Positions 46,734 through 55,806 of a stretch of 64,000 bases of DNA are shown in pieces. The translations under genes were made by a program, and so were the position numbers. The stretch spans positions 1 through 64,000 of IMG/VR virus record IMGVR_UViG_2663762783_000006; one strand, 5' to 3'. A model generated the notes under the pieces. The model was not told the origin of the DNA. It worked only from the letters and a program-made list of their open reading frames with translations, and ran no database searches. The first letter of the stretch is position 1. Each line of letters starts with the position of its first letter. The DNA comes from a virus. Lineage: Duplodnaviria > Caudoviricetes.

Positions 46734-46956
46734 GAAGTCGGTACTCCTTTTGTACTTGGCTATCGCATGGCTTGCACAAGCTGCGGTAATGCCCTGCGCT
46801 TTCGATAAAGCCGAACGCCTCTACCGGCTTCCACTTCTCGCAGCAGCGGCAGTGCCGCTCAAGCTGGCCACGTCGGTTTTTGCGCCATTTCTTGCGTTGC
46901 TCGATGGGTATTCGTGGCCGTGGTGGTTTGTTATACCGGCGAACTTTAAGCATCAT
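46714..46956 (-). CDS. Zinc-finger protein
   Basis: CxxC..W.P...YRSLCxxC. Confidence 0.65.
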   Translation of the reverse strand: MMLKVRRYNKPPRPRIPIEQRKKWRKNRRGQLERHCRCCEKWKPVEAFGFIESAGHYRSLCKPCDSQVQKEYRLRKMAAA

Positions 46957-47216
46957 AGCGTTACCTCGATACGCGCCAGCACGCGCGCCTTACTGCGCCT
47001 TTCGCGAACCTCGCTTGTTTCGCAGTCCAGGCAAATGCTGCGGTAATACCCTCGGGCCGCGATAAACCTAAACCAGTGATCGGTCATCGGTAGCCACTCC
47101 TCACAGGCTGGACAGTAGCGCTCGCGCTCCCCGCTGGCGGCTGTCCGGTTTTTAATCAATGGCCTCCATGCGATTTCCAGAACCTCGCGGTTCCGCTTCA
47201 TCAAGGCATACGACAC
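46953..47216 (-). CDS. Zinc-finger protein, paralog of the preceding gene
   Basis: CxxC..W.P...YRSICxxC. Confidence 0.65.
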   Translation of the reverse strand: MSYALMKRNREVLEIAWRPLIKNRTAASGERERYCPACEEWLPMTDHWFRFIAARGYYRSICLDCETSEVRERRSKARVLARIEVTL

Positions 47217-47218
47217 GC

Positions 47219-47809
47219 TTACTGCTCCTTGGCGATAGCCTCGCTGATCTTGCGCGCTAGGTCAGGATGGACGTACAGGCCGTCAGCTGTCCGAACGACC
47301 ATCCACATTGGTCGCTCGTTGAACCGGCGCTGGCGCTGATACATGACACGGTGCGCCCACTTGCGCTCCTGCAAATGATTGACGGTTCCGGTCAGCATTG
47401 GAGTCGGGCGCAACTGCATCATTAGATTGCGGTCCGCGCTGGATAGACGATCCTCCTTGATAGTGGTAGCCGCCTTCTCAATTGAATCAAGCATTTCCTG
47501 ATACCTGAGCGCGGGGGCTGGCGCGCGTGGCACATCTACTATCTGGCGGGTATAGGTTTCGCTCTCAAAGCCAAGGCTCATGGCGAACATGGCCTCTATC
47601 GTCTTGCCCAGCTCGCGCCTGGCCTCGCAATCTGCGGGGCTATCTGCGCCTGGCTTTTTAGGGAACGGCGGAGCTTCCAGACTCACGCGGTTAGCAGCGA
47701 CAGTGCCCACGCTGGGAGACCGCTTATCCAAGAGCGCTTCAACCACATCAGCGGTGCAGCGAATCTTAGTGCGCAACGTCGCATCGCCAAGGAAACCAAA
47801 GTCAATCAT
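47219..47809 (-). CDS. Hypothetical protein
   Basis: Overlap-coupled ORF. Confidence 0.6.
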   Translation of the reverse strand: MIDFGFLGDATLRTKIRCTADVVEALLDKRSPSVGTVAANRVSLEAPPFPKKPGADSPADCEARRELGKTIEAMFAMSLGFESETYTRQIVDVPRAPAPALRYQEMLDSIEKAATTIKEDRLSSADRNLMMQLRPTPMLTGTVNHLQERKWAHRVMYQRQRRFNERPMWMVVRTADGLYVHPDLARKISEAIAKEQ

Positions 47810-48120
47810 AGCGATACCTCAAGCTGACCTGCCGTTTCGGCCAGAGGAAGCCCGCCTATGGGCATCAGATAGCTTTCGCGGAACACGTCTACAGGCGAAT
47901 CCATTGCAAGCGCGCCGCTTATCATCGTACAGCCCATGAATTGGCCATGTACCAGGCGCACGGCATAGACGGGCTCGGTTGTCTCGACGCGCCAGCAGTC
48001 GCCCTGGTACTTAACATCAGGGCCATTGCCTAGCGCGGCCTCAATAGCCACGCCTGAGCCAAGGCAGCGCGAATCCTCGCTATTAACGATCACTGCGCGG
48101 TCTCCAGGATTAAACATCAT
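47806..48120 (-). CDS. Hypothetical protein
   Basis: Overlap-coupled ORF. Confidence 0.6.
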   Translation of the reverse strand: MMFNPGDRAVIVNSEDSRCLGSGVAIEAALGNGPDVKYQGDCWRVETTEPVYAVRLVHGQFMGCTMISGALAMDSPVDVFRESYLMPIGGLPLAETAGQLEVSL

Positions 48121-49063
48121 TGCTCTGAGCCTCCTGCGCGGCCTGCTGGCGCTTTTCCTCGGCCTGGCGCTCCTTGTCTGCCTTAACGTCGCTAACGTGC
48201 AAGGCAGTGGCTACCAGGGCGTTTAGGGTGCGTATGCTGATTTGTGCCGTCGAATCGCCTAGCGCTTTCTCCCCGCTGCGGTAGCGCTGGACCTGCGCCA
48301 GCACCTCGGCAGGCAGCTCGCTAGCAAAGCGTTTGGCAACTGCTACCAGGTCATCTACCAGGCTCTTAGGCACGGAGCCTGCCTTGATTGTCTTGGGCAT
48401 GACCTTCTGCTGGCCTTGCTTGATCGCTTTGGCGTGCTCCTGGCGGATCACCTTGGCCGTGTCATCGCCATGCTTGCGCGCCAGGTCCACAGCGGTCGCG
48501 GCAGATATCACGCCTGTACTGACCTGCTCCATTACCTCGGGACCTGCGTCATACAGCTTGAGCATCTGCTCAACGTGCTGGCGCTTCTTAAACACAAGGT
48601 CGGCAATCTGCTGGTTGTTCAAACCATCCTCGTCGCGCAGGGAGGCATACAGCCTGGCCTGCTCGATAGGCAGTAGCGGCAGCTGGTTGTTACTGCTGGC
48701 AATGCGCGCCTTCTTCTCGGCTGACGAGCCCTTGAACTCATCGATAAAGATGCGGCCAACGTCATAGCCTGCTGCAACGACCTTGCGGTAAGCCCTGGTG
48801 CGGCGGTGCCCTTCGACAACGTCCAGCGTGCCGAACTCGTTAGGCTCAACCTCGATATTAGGCAGCTTGAGCGGCTTGCCGCGCTTGATACCGTCAATGA
48901 TGGCCTCCGCCAGCTCGTCAATGGATTTCTCCAGGCGCTCGCCCTCCTCCCGCATATTGAAGTTCTCAACCAGGCGTAAGGCTGATAATTCGACGTGCAT
49001 TCCCTTGTCGCCGCGCTTGATAACGCCCGCTCTCGTTAGGCTCGCAATAGTGTGCTTGCTCAT
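48110..49063 (-). CDS. ParB-like protein (ParB/Srx domain plus HTH)
   Basis: NFNMR, VVEGHRR arginine patch, HTH LNNQQIADLVFKKRQHV. Confidence 0.8.
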   Translation of the reverse strand: MSKHTIASLTRAGVIKRGDKGMHVELSALRLVENFNMREEGERLEKSIDELAEAIIDGIKRGKPLKLPNIEVEPNEFGTLDVVEGHRRTRAYRKVVAAGYDVGRIFIDEFKGSSAEKKARIASSNNQLPLLPIEQARLYASLRDEDGLNNQQIADLVFKKRQHVEQMLKLYDAGPEVMEQVSTGVISAATAVDLARKHGDDTAKVIRQEHAKAIKQGQQKVMPKTIKAGSVPKSLVDDLVAVAKRFASELPAEVLAQVQRYRSGEKALGDSTAQISIRTLNALVATALHVSDVKADKERQAEEKRQQAAQEAQSNDV

Positions 49064-49115
49064 GGTGTCTACCTTTGGAAAGGCGGGCTCTACAGCCCGC
49101 TCAGGTGGGAGGGAT

Positions 49116-49691
49116 TTAGAACACGCGGCCCTGCTGGCGCTGGTCGGTTTCGGAGGCCATGCGGGCGTCTTCGGCGGCGCGGTACTCGCTACCCAGGATT
49201 TCAATGCAGCACGCATCGGCAGCGGTGCGAGCATGGAAGTAGAAATAACCGTCCAGGCCGTCAAACCAATGCAGGCCGTGCCCTGCGCTCGTGCTATGCA
49301 GGTCGATACCCAGGGTTGCCAGTAGCGGCGTCATATCGGCTTCGAAGTAAGGCGCGTTATGTACCCAACGTCCGCGTAGCACCTCGATATCCTCCATGAC
49401 TTCATCGTCACGGCCAGGCGGGTAGCCTTCCATTGGCACATTGCGCGGTACGCGAGAGAAGCCGCGCGACGGGTTGGCATCTGTCCAGCAGTCCAGCACT
49501 GCGTCGTTATCCACGCCAGTGAAGCGCAGGCCCGCAAAGCGGCGGCCCCTGGCATCGTTATGGAACACGGCGACGGCATCGGGAAAGGTCGCGGCAAAGG
49601 CTTCACCTTCGCGCTGCACTCGATGGCAGGCGGCAATGAACTGCTGGCGTGCGGCCAATACGTGCGGATCGTTGGATTTGTAGTAGCTCAT
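49116..49691 (-). CDS. Hypothetical protein
   Basis: ORF in operon; C-terminal EILGSEY motif. Confidence 0.65.
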   Translation of the reverse strand: MSYYKSNDPHVLAARQQFIAACHRVQREGEAFAATFPDAVAVFHNDARGRRFAGLRFTGVDNDAVLDCWTDANPSRGFSRVPRNVPMEGYPPGRDDEVMEDIEVLRGRWVHNAPYFEADMTPLLATLGIDLHSTSAGHGLHWFDGLDGYFYFHARTAADACCIEILGSEYRAAEDARMASETDQRQQGRVF

Positions 49692-49703
49692 TACGGACGG
49701 TCC

Positions 49704-50030
49704 TTAAGCTGCTTTCTGACGCTGGTCGATGAAGTAGGCGATCTCGGAGCCGCGAGCGACGGACATGGCAATAACCTGCCCTTCACGCTTAACCAGAATG
49801 TCGCCTAGTCGGTTGAACTCGACACGAACGCCCGCGCTTAACAGAGCGGCGTCGTATTCAGCGGCAGAGCATGGGCGAATAGCCTTATCGGCATGAACGG
49901 CATTTAAACGAGCCTCACGCGCCGTAAAACCTTGCAGGCGCTGACGCACGTACAGCGTGGCTGCCTTGCGACCATAGCGGGACGAAATGAAAGTTAAAGC
50001 ACGAGCAAAAACAACGTTATGACGTGACAT
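49704..50030 (-). CDS. Hypothetical protein
   Basis: MSRHN start with AGAG RBS. Confidence 0.6.
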   Translation of the reverse strand: MSRHNVVFARALTFISSRYGRKAATLYVRQRLQGFTAREARLNAVHADKAIRPCSAAEYDAALLSAGVRVEFNRLGDILVKREGQVIAMSVARGSEIAYFIDQRQKAA

Positions 50031-50157
50031 TTTGTGTTCTCTCTGGTGGCCAGCCATCCAGCTGGACTTAGGTATAGAAGTGCGATCTATGCCGCATTCT
50101 TGCCCTGTATCGGGCAGAGAGAAGACTACGCAAGTCACTTGCCGTTTGCAAGCACCT

Positions 50158-50176
50158 GATAACAAAATTTGTTATC
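50158..50176. promoter_or_regulatory. Perfect 19-bp palindrome GATAACAAA-A-TTTGTTATC, putative operator
   Basis: Seen directly; half-sites also at 44495 and 62373. Confidence 0.55.
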
Positions 50177-50245
50177 TTTTGGTTCAAAAATGGAGCTATC
50201 AGTATGACAGCCCCATGCGTGCATTATGCTAGCAGGGCGCTGGCT

Positions 50246-50827
50246 CTAATTTCGGGCGCGCATCCACTCGAACGCTTGAGTAAGCGCCAGGCAATTCGAT
50301 GGAAAGCAAAAGTCATGGCAGCCCTCTGGCGGCAAGGCATGCGGCTCTCTGAGCACGTTTGAAACCGTTATGTATGAGCAGGCGGCACCCTTACTATGCC
50401 GCTGAACAAAAAGCTCATCACCTACCTTCCAAGCGCTTACGCCCACATCAATGCGAAGCCGTAGCACGTCACCACGCTCCCAGCCTTCCGGCGCTACGGC
50501 CTGGCCCGCCTCCACTGCATCTTCCTGCTGCGCGACCAACATAGCGCTAAGCGCTTCATCAAGGTCAGGCATGGGCGCAGCAATAACGGCCTCTGCCGCC
50601 TCATCCTCTAGCAGCATCTCGATACGGCGCTTGATCGTATCGGCGGCCTCTCGTAGGTCCTTAATCCGGCCCTTTCCACCGCCACGCTGGCCAGGCAGAA
50701 GCAGCTTTTTGATTGCGTGCTGCGTCGCGCCGCTGGGGTCGTCCACATACATCTCACAGATGCGGTACACGTCAATGACGGACAGGTGCTCGACGCTATG
50801 AAAGTAATGCTGGTGCTTGCGAGTCAT
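50246..50827 (-). CDS. Conserved phage protein
   Basis: HY...IDVYR.C..Y...HAIKKLL.PG.RG motif. Confidence 0.7.
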   Translation of the reverse strand: MTRKHQHYFHSVEHLSVIDVYRICEMYVDDPSGATQHAIKKLLLPGQRGGGKGRIKDLREAADTIKRRIEMLLEDEAAEAVIAAPMPDLDEALSAMLVAQQEDAVEAGQAVAPEGWERGDVLRLRIDVGVSAWKVGDELFVQRHSKGAACSYITVSNVLREPHALPPEGCHDFCFPSNCLALTQAFEWMRARN

Positions 50828-51567
50828 TACGCAGCCTCCCCGCTGGAGATGCGCCACAGCTCAAGGGCCTGGCCGACGATGCGGGCCACGTCCTCGCTCG
50901 ATGCAGTAGCAACGCGCGGCAGATTCTCGCGGGCTTCCTTGCGGCTGTAGAAGTAGGCCGTCTGCCGGTCGCTCTCAACGTCACGACGAGACACGACTAC
51001 AGCGCCATGCGCCAGCGTAAAGCAGCACGGCTCGTCAGGCGTATGAATCACGCTTTCGCCAATGCGCAAGGTAACGGTGCGGACCTCATCCAGGCCGCAG
51101 AACACTTTGAAGCCGACAGGACTGTAGCCCGCCTCGTCCACCGTCGCCTCCTGGCGGGCATGGCCCAGGCCGCCCAGGTGCGCCACATACGTGGTATCGA
51201 TAGCCTCGCCACTCAAAACCATGTGCTCATAGCCATAGCGGTGCGTCTGGATGCAGGCCGTGTTAGGCGCGCGGTCCTCGTTACTGCCAATGGTCAATAC
51301 AACCTCGGGGCTCAGCAGCAGGCTCAGCATGCCTTGGTCGTGGAGCTGCCAGGTGTGCTGCTCGGCATTCTCCAGAATCTGGCGAATGTTCTGGCGCGTC
51401 ACAGCCAGCATTAGCGGCACTAGGTAACGCTGGTCCTGGCGCTTACGCTTGGCGGCCTTCTTCTCGGCCTTGGTGGGCTTGGGCACGCGCGCGGGGCGTG
51501 CCGTAGTCTTGGGGGCAGGAGTGCTGGCAGTATCCAGCAGTGGAGCGGCGAGAGGCGTGCGGTTCAT
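50827..51567 (-). CDS. Cupin-like hypothetical protein
   Basis: IQTHRYGYEHMVLSG segment; beta-rich. Confidence 0.55.
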   Translation of the reverse strand: MNRTPLAAPLLDTASTPAPKTTARPARVPKPTKAEKKAAKRKRQDQRYLVPLMLAVTRQNIRQILENAEQHTWQLHDQGMLSLLLSPEVVLTIGSNEDRAPNTACIQTHRYGYEHMVLSGEAIDTTYVAHLGGLGHARQEATVDEAGYSPVGFKVFCGLDEVRTVTLRIGESVIHTPDEPCCFTLAHGAVVVSRRDVESDRQTAYFYSRKEARENLPRVATASSEDVARIVGQALELWRISSGEAA

Positions 51568-51595
51568 ACGGCTTATCCTGAACAGAAAATAGGAT

Positions 51596-52060
51596 TTAAG
51601 CGGTCAACGGCTCGCGCGTAATCGGGTCAACAATGAACGGATGCGGCGCGGTCTTTGATCGGATGCCGCATGCTATCTGCTGGACGATGGTCATTTTTTC
51701 TAACTTTCCGAACCGGCGCTGATTTTCAAGCGCGGGGCGCATGGCTTCACGGCGGGCCGCTTTGCGCTCCTCCTCGGCGTCGCGGCAGAGCCTGGCAAAG
51801 GCCGAAAAGCCATCTGCATCCACCGCGCCAGGATCGGTCGGCATTGGATAGAGCGCGATATCGCCTATCTCAATGGAAAGGGAGCGGCGCAGGTTCCTGA
51901 TGCGCGCATCAAGCTCATACGCATATTCTTTGTCAACGCGACGGGCCTGCGCGGTATCGGCATAGCCTGAATATTGATGCGCTTTACTTGCGGCCTCAAC
52001 TAACCGCGCAATTTCGGCCTCGGTCTCGGCGATCCGTTGGCCTATGGTGAGACTACTCAT
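51596..52060 (-). CDS. Hypothetical protein
   Basis: AAGG RBS. Confidence 0.6.
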   Translation of the reverse strand: MSSLTIGQRIAETEAEIARLVEAASKAHQYSGYADTAQARRVDKEYAYELDARIRNLRRSLSIEIGDIALYPMPTDPGAVDADGFSAFARLCRDAEEERKAARREAMRPALENQRRFGKLEKMTIVQQIACGIRSKTAPHPFIVDPITREPLTA

Positions 52061-52068
52061 ACGTCACC

Positions 52069-52257
52069 TTAAGGTTTATCAGTGTCCTGGCGGTGCTCGG
52101 CAAGCTCTAGTTCAAGCTGCTGTATATGCCGCTCCAGTCGTTCGGTTTTATCGGCGGCATTGAGCAGGTCTAACAACTGCTCAGCCAGCCATACAACGCA
52201 CTTCCCCGAATGTGCTTCTAGCTCCTTGCGAATACGCTCCCGCTCATCGCGCAGCAT
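52069..52257 (-). CDS. Small coiled-coil protein
   Basis: AGGA RBS. Confidence 0.55.
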   Translation of the reverse strand: MLRDERERIRKELEAHSGKCVVWLAEQLLDLLNAADKTERLERHIQQLELELAEHRQDTDKP

Positions 52258-52267
52258 GACGCTTTCC

Positions 52268-52849
52268 TTACTTGGCCGGACTGGCCTTGACTAATGGGCC
52301 GTCTTCTTTCTCGCCGCCGCTCTCCAGGTGCTTGAACATGGCGTCGCACTTCTCCTGGCCATGCTTCTCGACGAACTCGCGTTGCTTGAAATTGGCCTCG
52401 ATGCGCTTAACCTGGTTAAGGCTGCTAACTGCGTTTACCAGCTGGTCAAACTCGGTTATTTCCGCCTTTGTCCACATGGGCTTAAGGTCCAGGTCGTCAA
52501 TGGCCTTGAGCGCAGCAGCAATCTGCTGAGCACTTAGCCTTTCGGGCTTGAGGCAGGCAAAGCGGGTGCGGTTGGCGCGCTCTTGCATTTGGGCCTGCAC
52601 TTCATCCGTGACCGGCTGGATATGCCAATACTGATTAACGCCGACCTGCCCGCCATCCTTTAGGCGAAAGCGTGCGCCCTCAAGAGTTACGATCTGCGTA
52701 GCGGTTAAGCGCTCGACCGTATAAAGGGTCCAGGTCCGACCATTCCCATAGGCGACCTTATCGCCATACGAAAGCCCATGAATCCACGCCTGGTACTGCG
52801 CAGCCTCCTCGGCGCGCTTTGCTTGTTCTGCCTGATAATCAGCGTTCAT
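52268..52849 (-). CDS. Hypothetical protein
   Basis: ORF in operon. Confidence 0.6.
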   Translation of the reverse strand: MNADYQAEQAKRAEEAAQYQAWIHGLSYGDKVAYGNGRTWTLYTVERLTATQIVTLEGARFRLKDGGQVGVNQYWHIQPVTDEVQAQMQERANRTRFACLKPERLSAQQIAAALKAIDDLDLKPMWTKAEITEFDQLVNAVSSLNQVKRIEANFKQREFVEKHGQEKCDAMFKHLESGGEKEDGPLVKASPAK

Positions 52850-52851
52850 CG

Positions 52852-53067
52852 TTAGGGCTCCAGGTTGAAGGTTTGGCAGAAGTAGCGCCAGAAAATAGGG
52901 TGCATTTCACTCTCGCCGCTTTCGTAGTTTTGCCACTGGCGCAGCGATACCCGAATGACATTGGCGGCCTCGGTCTGAGAATAACCGACCGCCTTTCGGG
53001 CCTCTAAAACCTCATCTTTCGTGGGCCGCTTGGTAGGCCCAACAATAGGGATTCGTTTTTTTGCCAT
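52852..53067 (-). CDS. XRE-family HTH regulator
   Basis: ARKAVGYSQTEAA..I.VSLRQWQNYESG; AGGAG RBS. Confidence 0.85.
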   Translation of the reverse strand: MAKKRIPIVGPTKRPTKDEVLEARKAVGYSQTEAANVIRVSLRQWQNYESGESEMHPIFWRYFCQTFNLEP

Positions 53068-53210
53068 AACTCCTAGCTCATGCGAAACAATTTCATGCCA
53101 GACGCGGCAAATATACGCAATATCTTCGCAAACGGCCAAAGGCTTTGCAAGCGTCTGATACAGGAATTGAGAGGGAGATGCCGCCCGCGACGGGCAGGCG
53201 GCAGAGGGGC

Positions 53211-53528
53211 TTACTTGTCGGAGGATTGCAGCCGGTCTAGGAACTCACGGCAGGCGACGCGGATAACGGAATTGCGGCTGTATTTGGTGCCCGTCTTGCG
53301 GCTCATGATCTCGGCGGCCTCGTCCAGCTCCAGCACCATGCTGGTTTCCAGAACGGGCGTGACGCGCTCGGTTCCGGCCTTGGTCTTAGGCTGGCGCACT
53401 GGCGCTTTTGGGGCTTCCTTTTCCGGCTCGGTAAAGGCAGGCTCGGCTCCTTTTCGGAATGCCTGAGTGGCCTGCTCCAGGCTTACCGCATCATCTGGCG
53501 GCAGATGGCTTGGGCGTGCTTTTTTCAT
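53211..53528 (-). CDS. Ribbon-helix-helix partition protein (ParG-like)
   Basis: Flexible N-terminus plus RHH (SRNSVIRVACREFL); coupled to parA. Confidence 0.7.
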   Translation of the reverse strand: MKKARPSHLPPDDAVSLEQATQAFRKGAEPAFTEPEKEAPKAPVRQPKTKAGTERVTPVLETSMVLELDEAAEIMSRKTGTKYSRNSVIRVACREFLDRLQSSDK

Positions 53529-54247
53529 GACGGTTTTACTTCCTCTGTTTCATCGATACGCGGCGGTATTACGTTCTCGAAGATGGCCGCCATTAACGTG
53601 CGCAGCTCCTCGCACGCCTTCTCGTCACGCTCGGCCTTGGGCATCTCCTCAACGGAAAGGCCCATTGCCGCCGATAGCGCAAATGACTTGCGGTCAACCA
53701 AGGGGGCTTCGAGATACGGCAGCGTCTCAAAATGATCGATGGCTTCTATGGTGGATAGGTTGTCGCTGGTGTGCTTGCCCTTAATTAGCGGGTCAGCTTT
53801 GCTGAGAATGCAGTAGGTCGTGACGGGCGAGCGATTGGCCATGACGCGCGAACGGTTGGCGTCCTGAATGAGTTGGCTCATGCGGCCCAGCGCCCAGCTA
53901 TCGAACGCGCGTGGATGAACCGGCACCAGCAGCACGTCAGCCAGTACCAGGGCCGAACGCAGGGCCTCGGAGTCGAAACCACCCACGTCCATCACCACAT
54001 CGTCGTACAATGCGCCTTGGTTGGCGACCTGGTGAAAGAACTCATCGCCATGCGGCAGATGCGCGCCCATCACGACAGGCTCGATACCGGCCCGCATACG
54101 CACCGTTGTGGCGTTGCTGCTGGTCTTTTGCGGGTCTCCGTCCGCTAGCAGTACCTTGCGACCAATACGCGCGCGTTCTATCGATATCTGAACGCTTATC
54201 ATCGTTTTGCCTACGCCGCCCTTCGGGTTCGCTACTGCAATTTTCAT
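53525..54247 (-). CDS. parA: ParA Walker ATPase (short, type Ib)
   Basis: KGGVGKT, DGDPQ, DVGG motifs. Confidence 0.92.
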   Translation of the reverse strand: MKIAVANPKGGVGKTMISVQISIERARIGRKVLLADGDPQKTSSNATTVRMRAGIEPVVMGAHLPHGDEFFHQVANQGALYDDVVMDVGGFDSEALRSALVLADVLLVPVHPRAFDSWALGRMSQLIQDANRSRVMANRSPVTTYCILSKADPLIKGKHTSDNLSTIEAIDHFETLPYLEAPLVDRKSFALSAAMGLSVEEMPKAERDEKACEELRTLMAAIFENVIPPRIDETEEVKPS

Positions 54248-54269
54248 CGTCTGTCCTTACGTTCTAGTT

Positions 54270-54330
54270 GGTATCAGCCTGCTAGCGTACAGCACGCGCT
54301 CTGCTGCCGTCCTGCTAGCAGGGTGCTGTA
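54270..54330. promoter_or_regulatory. TGCTAGC(A) repeat cluster upstream of parA, putative centromere/operator
   Basis: Copies at 54280 and 54313 plus TGCT/AGCA half-sites. Confidence 0.55.
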
Positions 54331-54332
54331 TT

Positions 54333-54719
54333 TCACACGGTTGTGTTGAACTTGCCAAGCATCGGCGATAGCGGGGCCATCATTGCCTTGTGCAAGTCTT
54401 CCGCGATGCGGGCCTGCTGGAACTCAATCAGGGCTTCGAATACCTCGGCCAGCGCCTCATTAGACGTCAGGCTCTGAGCCAAGTAGGCGCGGTAGGCAGC
54501 CTGTACTAGGGTGTTATTAGGATATGCGCCAGCCAGGTTCGACAGTAGGCGCGTGCTATCGCGGTCGTTACCGGCCCGCATGAAGTCACCACAGCGCACC
54601 ACTGACACGCCGTCGCGATCCCTGGCAATGACCGGCATGGCCTCAAACGGCAGGTGCGAGCAGTTACGCAAAGCATGGGCGCACGTCACGCACATGCTGC
54701 CCTTTGGTCTGTGTTTCAT
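54333..54719 (-). CDS. Hypothetical protein with zinc motif
   Basis: PKGSMCxxC...CSHLPF..MP. Confidence 0.65.
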   Translation of the reverse strand: MKHRPKGSMCVTCAHALRNCSHLPFEAMPVIARDRDGVSVVRCGDFMRAGNDRDSTRLLSNLAGAYPNNTLVQAAYRAYLAQSLTSNEALAEVFEALIEFQQARIAEDLHKAMMAPLSPMLGKFNTTV

Positions 54720-54720
54720 G

Positions 54721-55215
54721 CTACCGACTCCCCTTCGCTTTGAATGCCTCGTCCAGTACGGCAAGCACAATCTCTACGCCATTGCTATCGGTCGCATCAT
54801 GGGCAAAGTTCTTTAGCGCCTCATGAACGGCAGGCAGATTGGCGATGCGCTCGGCCTCGGCCCAATCAGGGGCGTTACCACGCTCGGGCCGCCTGTAAAT
54901 GGTCGCCCCAAGCGCCAGCGCCTCTACTCCAGCAAGGGGAGCCGTCTTGCCTCGGTTTGCAAGCGCTTCCAGCAGGTCTAACAAAGCGCGCTGACGGTTT
55001 AAATCAAGACTGTCCTCTGTAAAGCGACTCACCTCGATACCGGACGGCTTGTGTACCAGGCGAACGCCCTTTCTCGGCCCAGGGCGAAGCGCGCTCTCAT
55101 TTACCGCATCAAAAACGTGTACCTCTACGTCGCCTTGCGGAAAGGCGATGGAGCCGCCTGGCATGGTCAGTGCCTCCGGCCCAAAATCAACCGGCTTGCC
55201 TGTTTCTTCGGTCAT
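54721..55215 (-). CDS. Protein with release factor (RF-1)-like domain lacking GGQ
   Basis: VRLVHKPSGIEV....S...NRQRAL. Confidence 0.65.
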   Translation of the reverse strand: MTEETGKPVDFGPEALTMPGGSIAFPQGDVEVHVFDAVNESALRPGPRKGVRLVHKPSGIEVSRFTEDSLDLNRQRALLDLLEALANRGKTAPLAGVEALALGATIYRRPERGNAPDWAEAERIANLPAVHEALKNFAHDATDSNGVEIVLAVLDEAFKAKGSR

Positions 55216-55511
55216 GCTACTTGCTCCCCTGTATCGCCTAGCGCGCGGGTAGCCTGGCGGCGCTGCTTGGCTTCGTCTAGTGAAGTTTTCTTGAATGGCT
55301 CGATGCGCTCAATCTTGAATTGCTTGCCGTACTTGGGGTGCTTTTCCCATGCGCCGAACAAGGTCAGCTCTACGGTTTTACGTGGAGCTGGCGCGTTCTT
55401 ACCCTCGAATACGGCAGTAAAGAATTTAGGCCCATTGGCGCGGGCTTTGTAGAGCGAATACGTGGCGTCAGCGTTCTGATAAAAGCGGTCAGTCAGCTTG
55501 CAGATAATCAT
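55212..55511 (-). CDS. Stand-alone RecD2/YrrC N-terminal OB-like domain protein
   Basis: GAWEKHPKYGKQF motif. Confidence 0.65.
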   Translation of the reverse strand: MIICKLTDRFYQNADATYSLYKARANGPKFFTAVFEGKNAPAPRKTVELTLFGAWEKHPKYGKQFKIERIEPFKKTSLDEAKQRRQATRALGDTGEQVA

Positions 55512-55613
55512 ATCCACGGTCGGGCAGTCCTCTGGCTGGAAGTGCCCAGACAATAGCACATTGCGCCAGCAGGGTGCTAGCACAGTGCATACAGAGTGCT
55601 AACGGTATGCAGG

Positions 55614-55739
55614 CTAAGCGCTAGCGCCTAAATCAGCCTCGGCGGCGTGTATCAGGATCGTGTAATAGGCCATTGCAGGCCGGTCGTTCAGGGCGCGGTA
55701 GTAGCGGCGGGCACGGTACAGCTTGAGCAGTTCGGACAT
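55614..55739 (-). CDS. 41-aa protein MSELLKLYRARRYYRALNDRPAMAYYTILIHAAEADLGASA (absent from the ORF track)
   Basis: GGAG RBS; directly follows a late promoter motif. Confidence 0.6.
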   Translation of the reverse strand: MSELLKLYRARRYYRALNDRPAMAYYTILIHAAEADLGASA

Positions 55740-55763
55740 GGCGGGCTCCAGGTGAGTCCGCCA

Positions 55764-55804
55764 AGCGTAGGGGAGGCAGGCAAGCGCCAGCGCGGGCGCT
55801 TTCC
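55764..55804 (-). promoter_or_regulatory. Putative late promoter GGAAAG-N29-TACGCT
   Basis: Motif family member. Confidence 0.65.
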
Positions 55805-55806
55805 CG

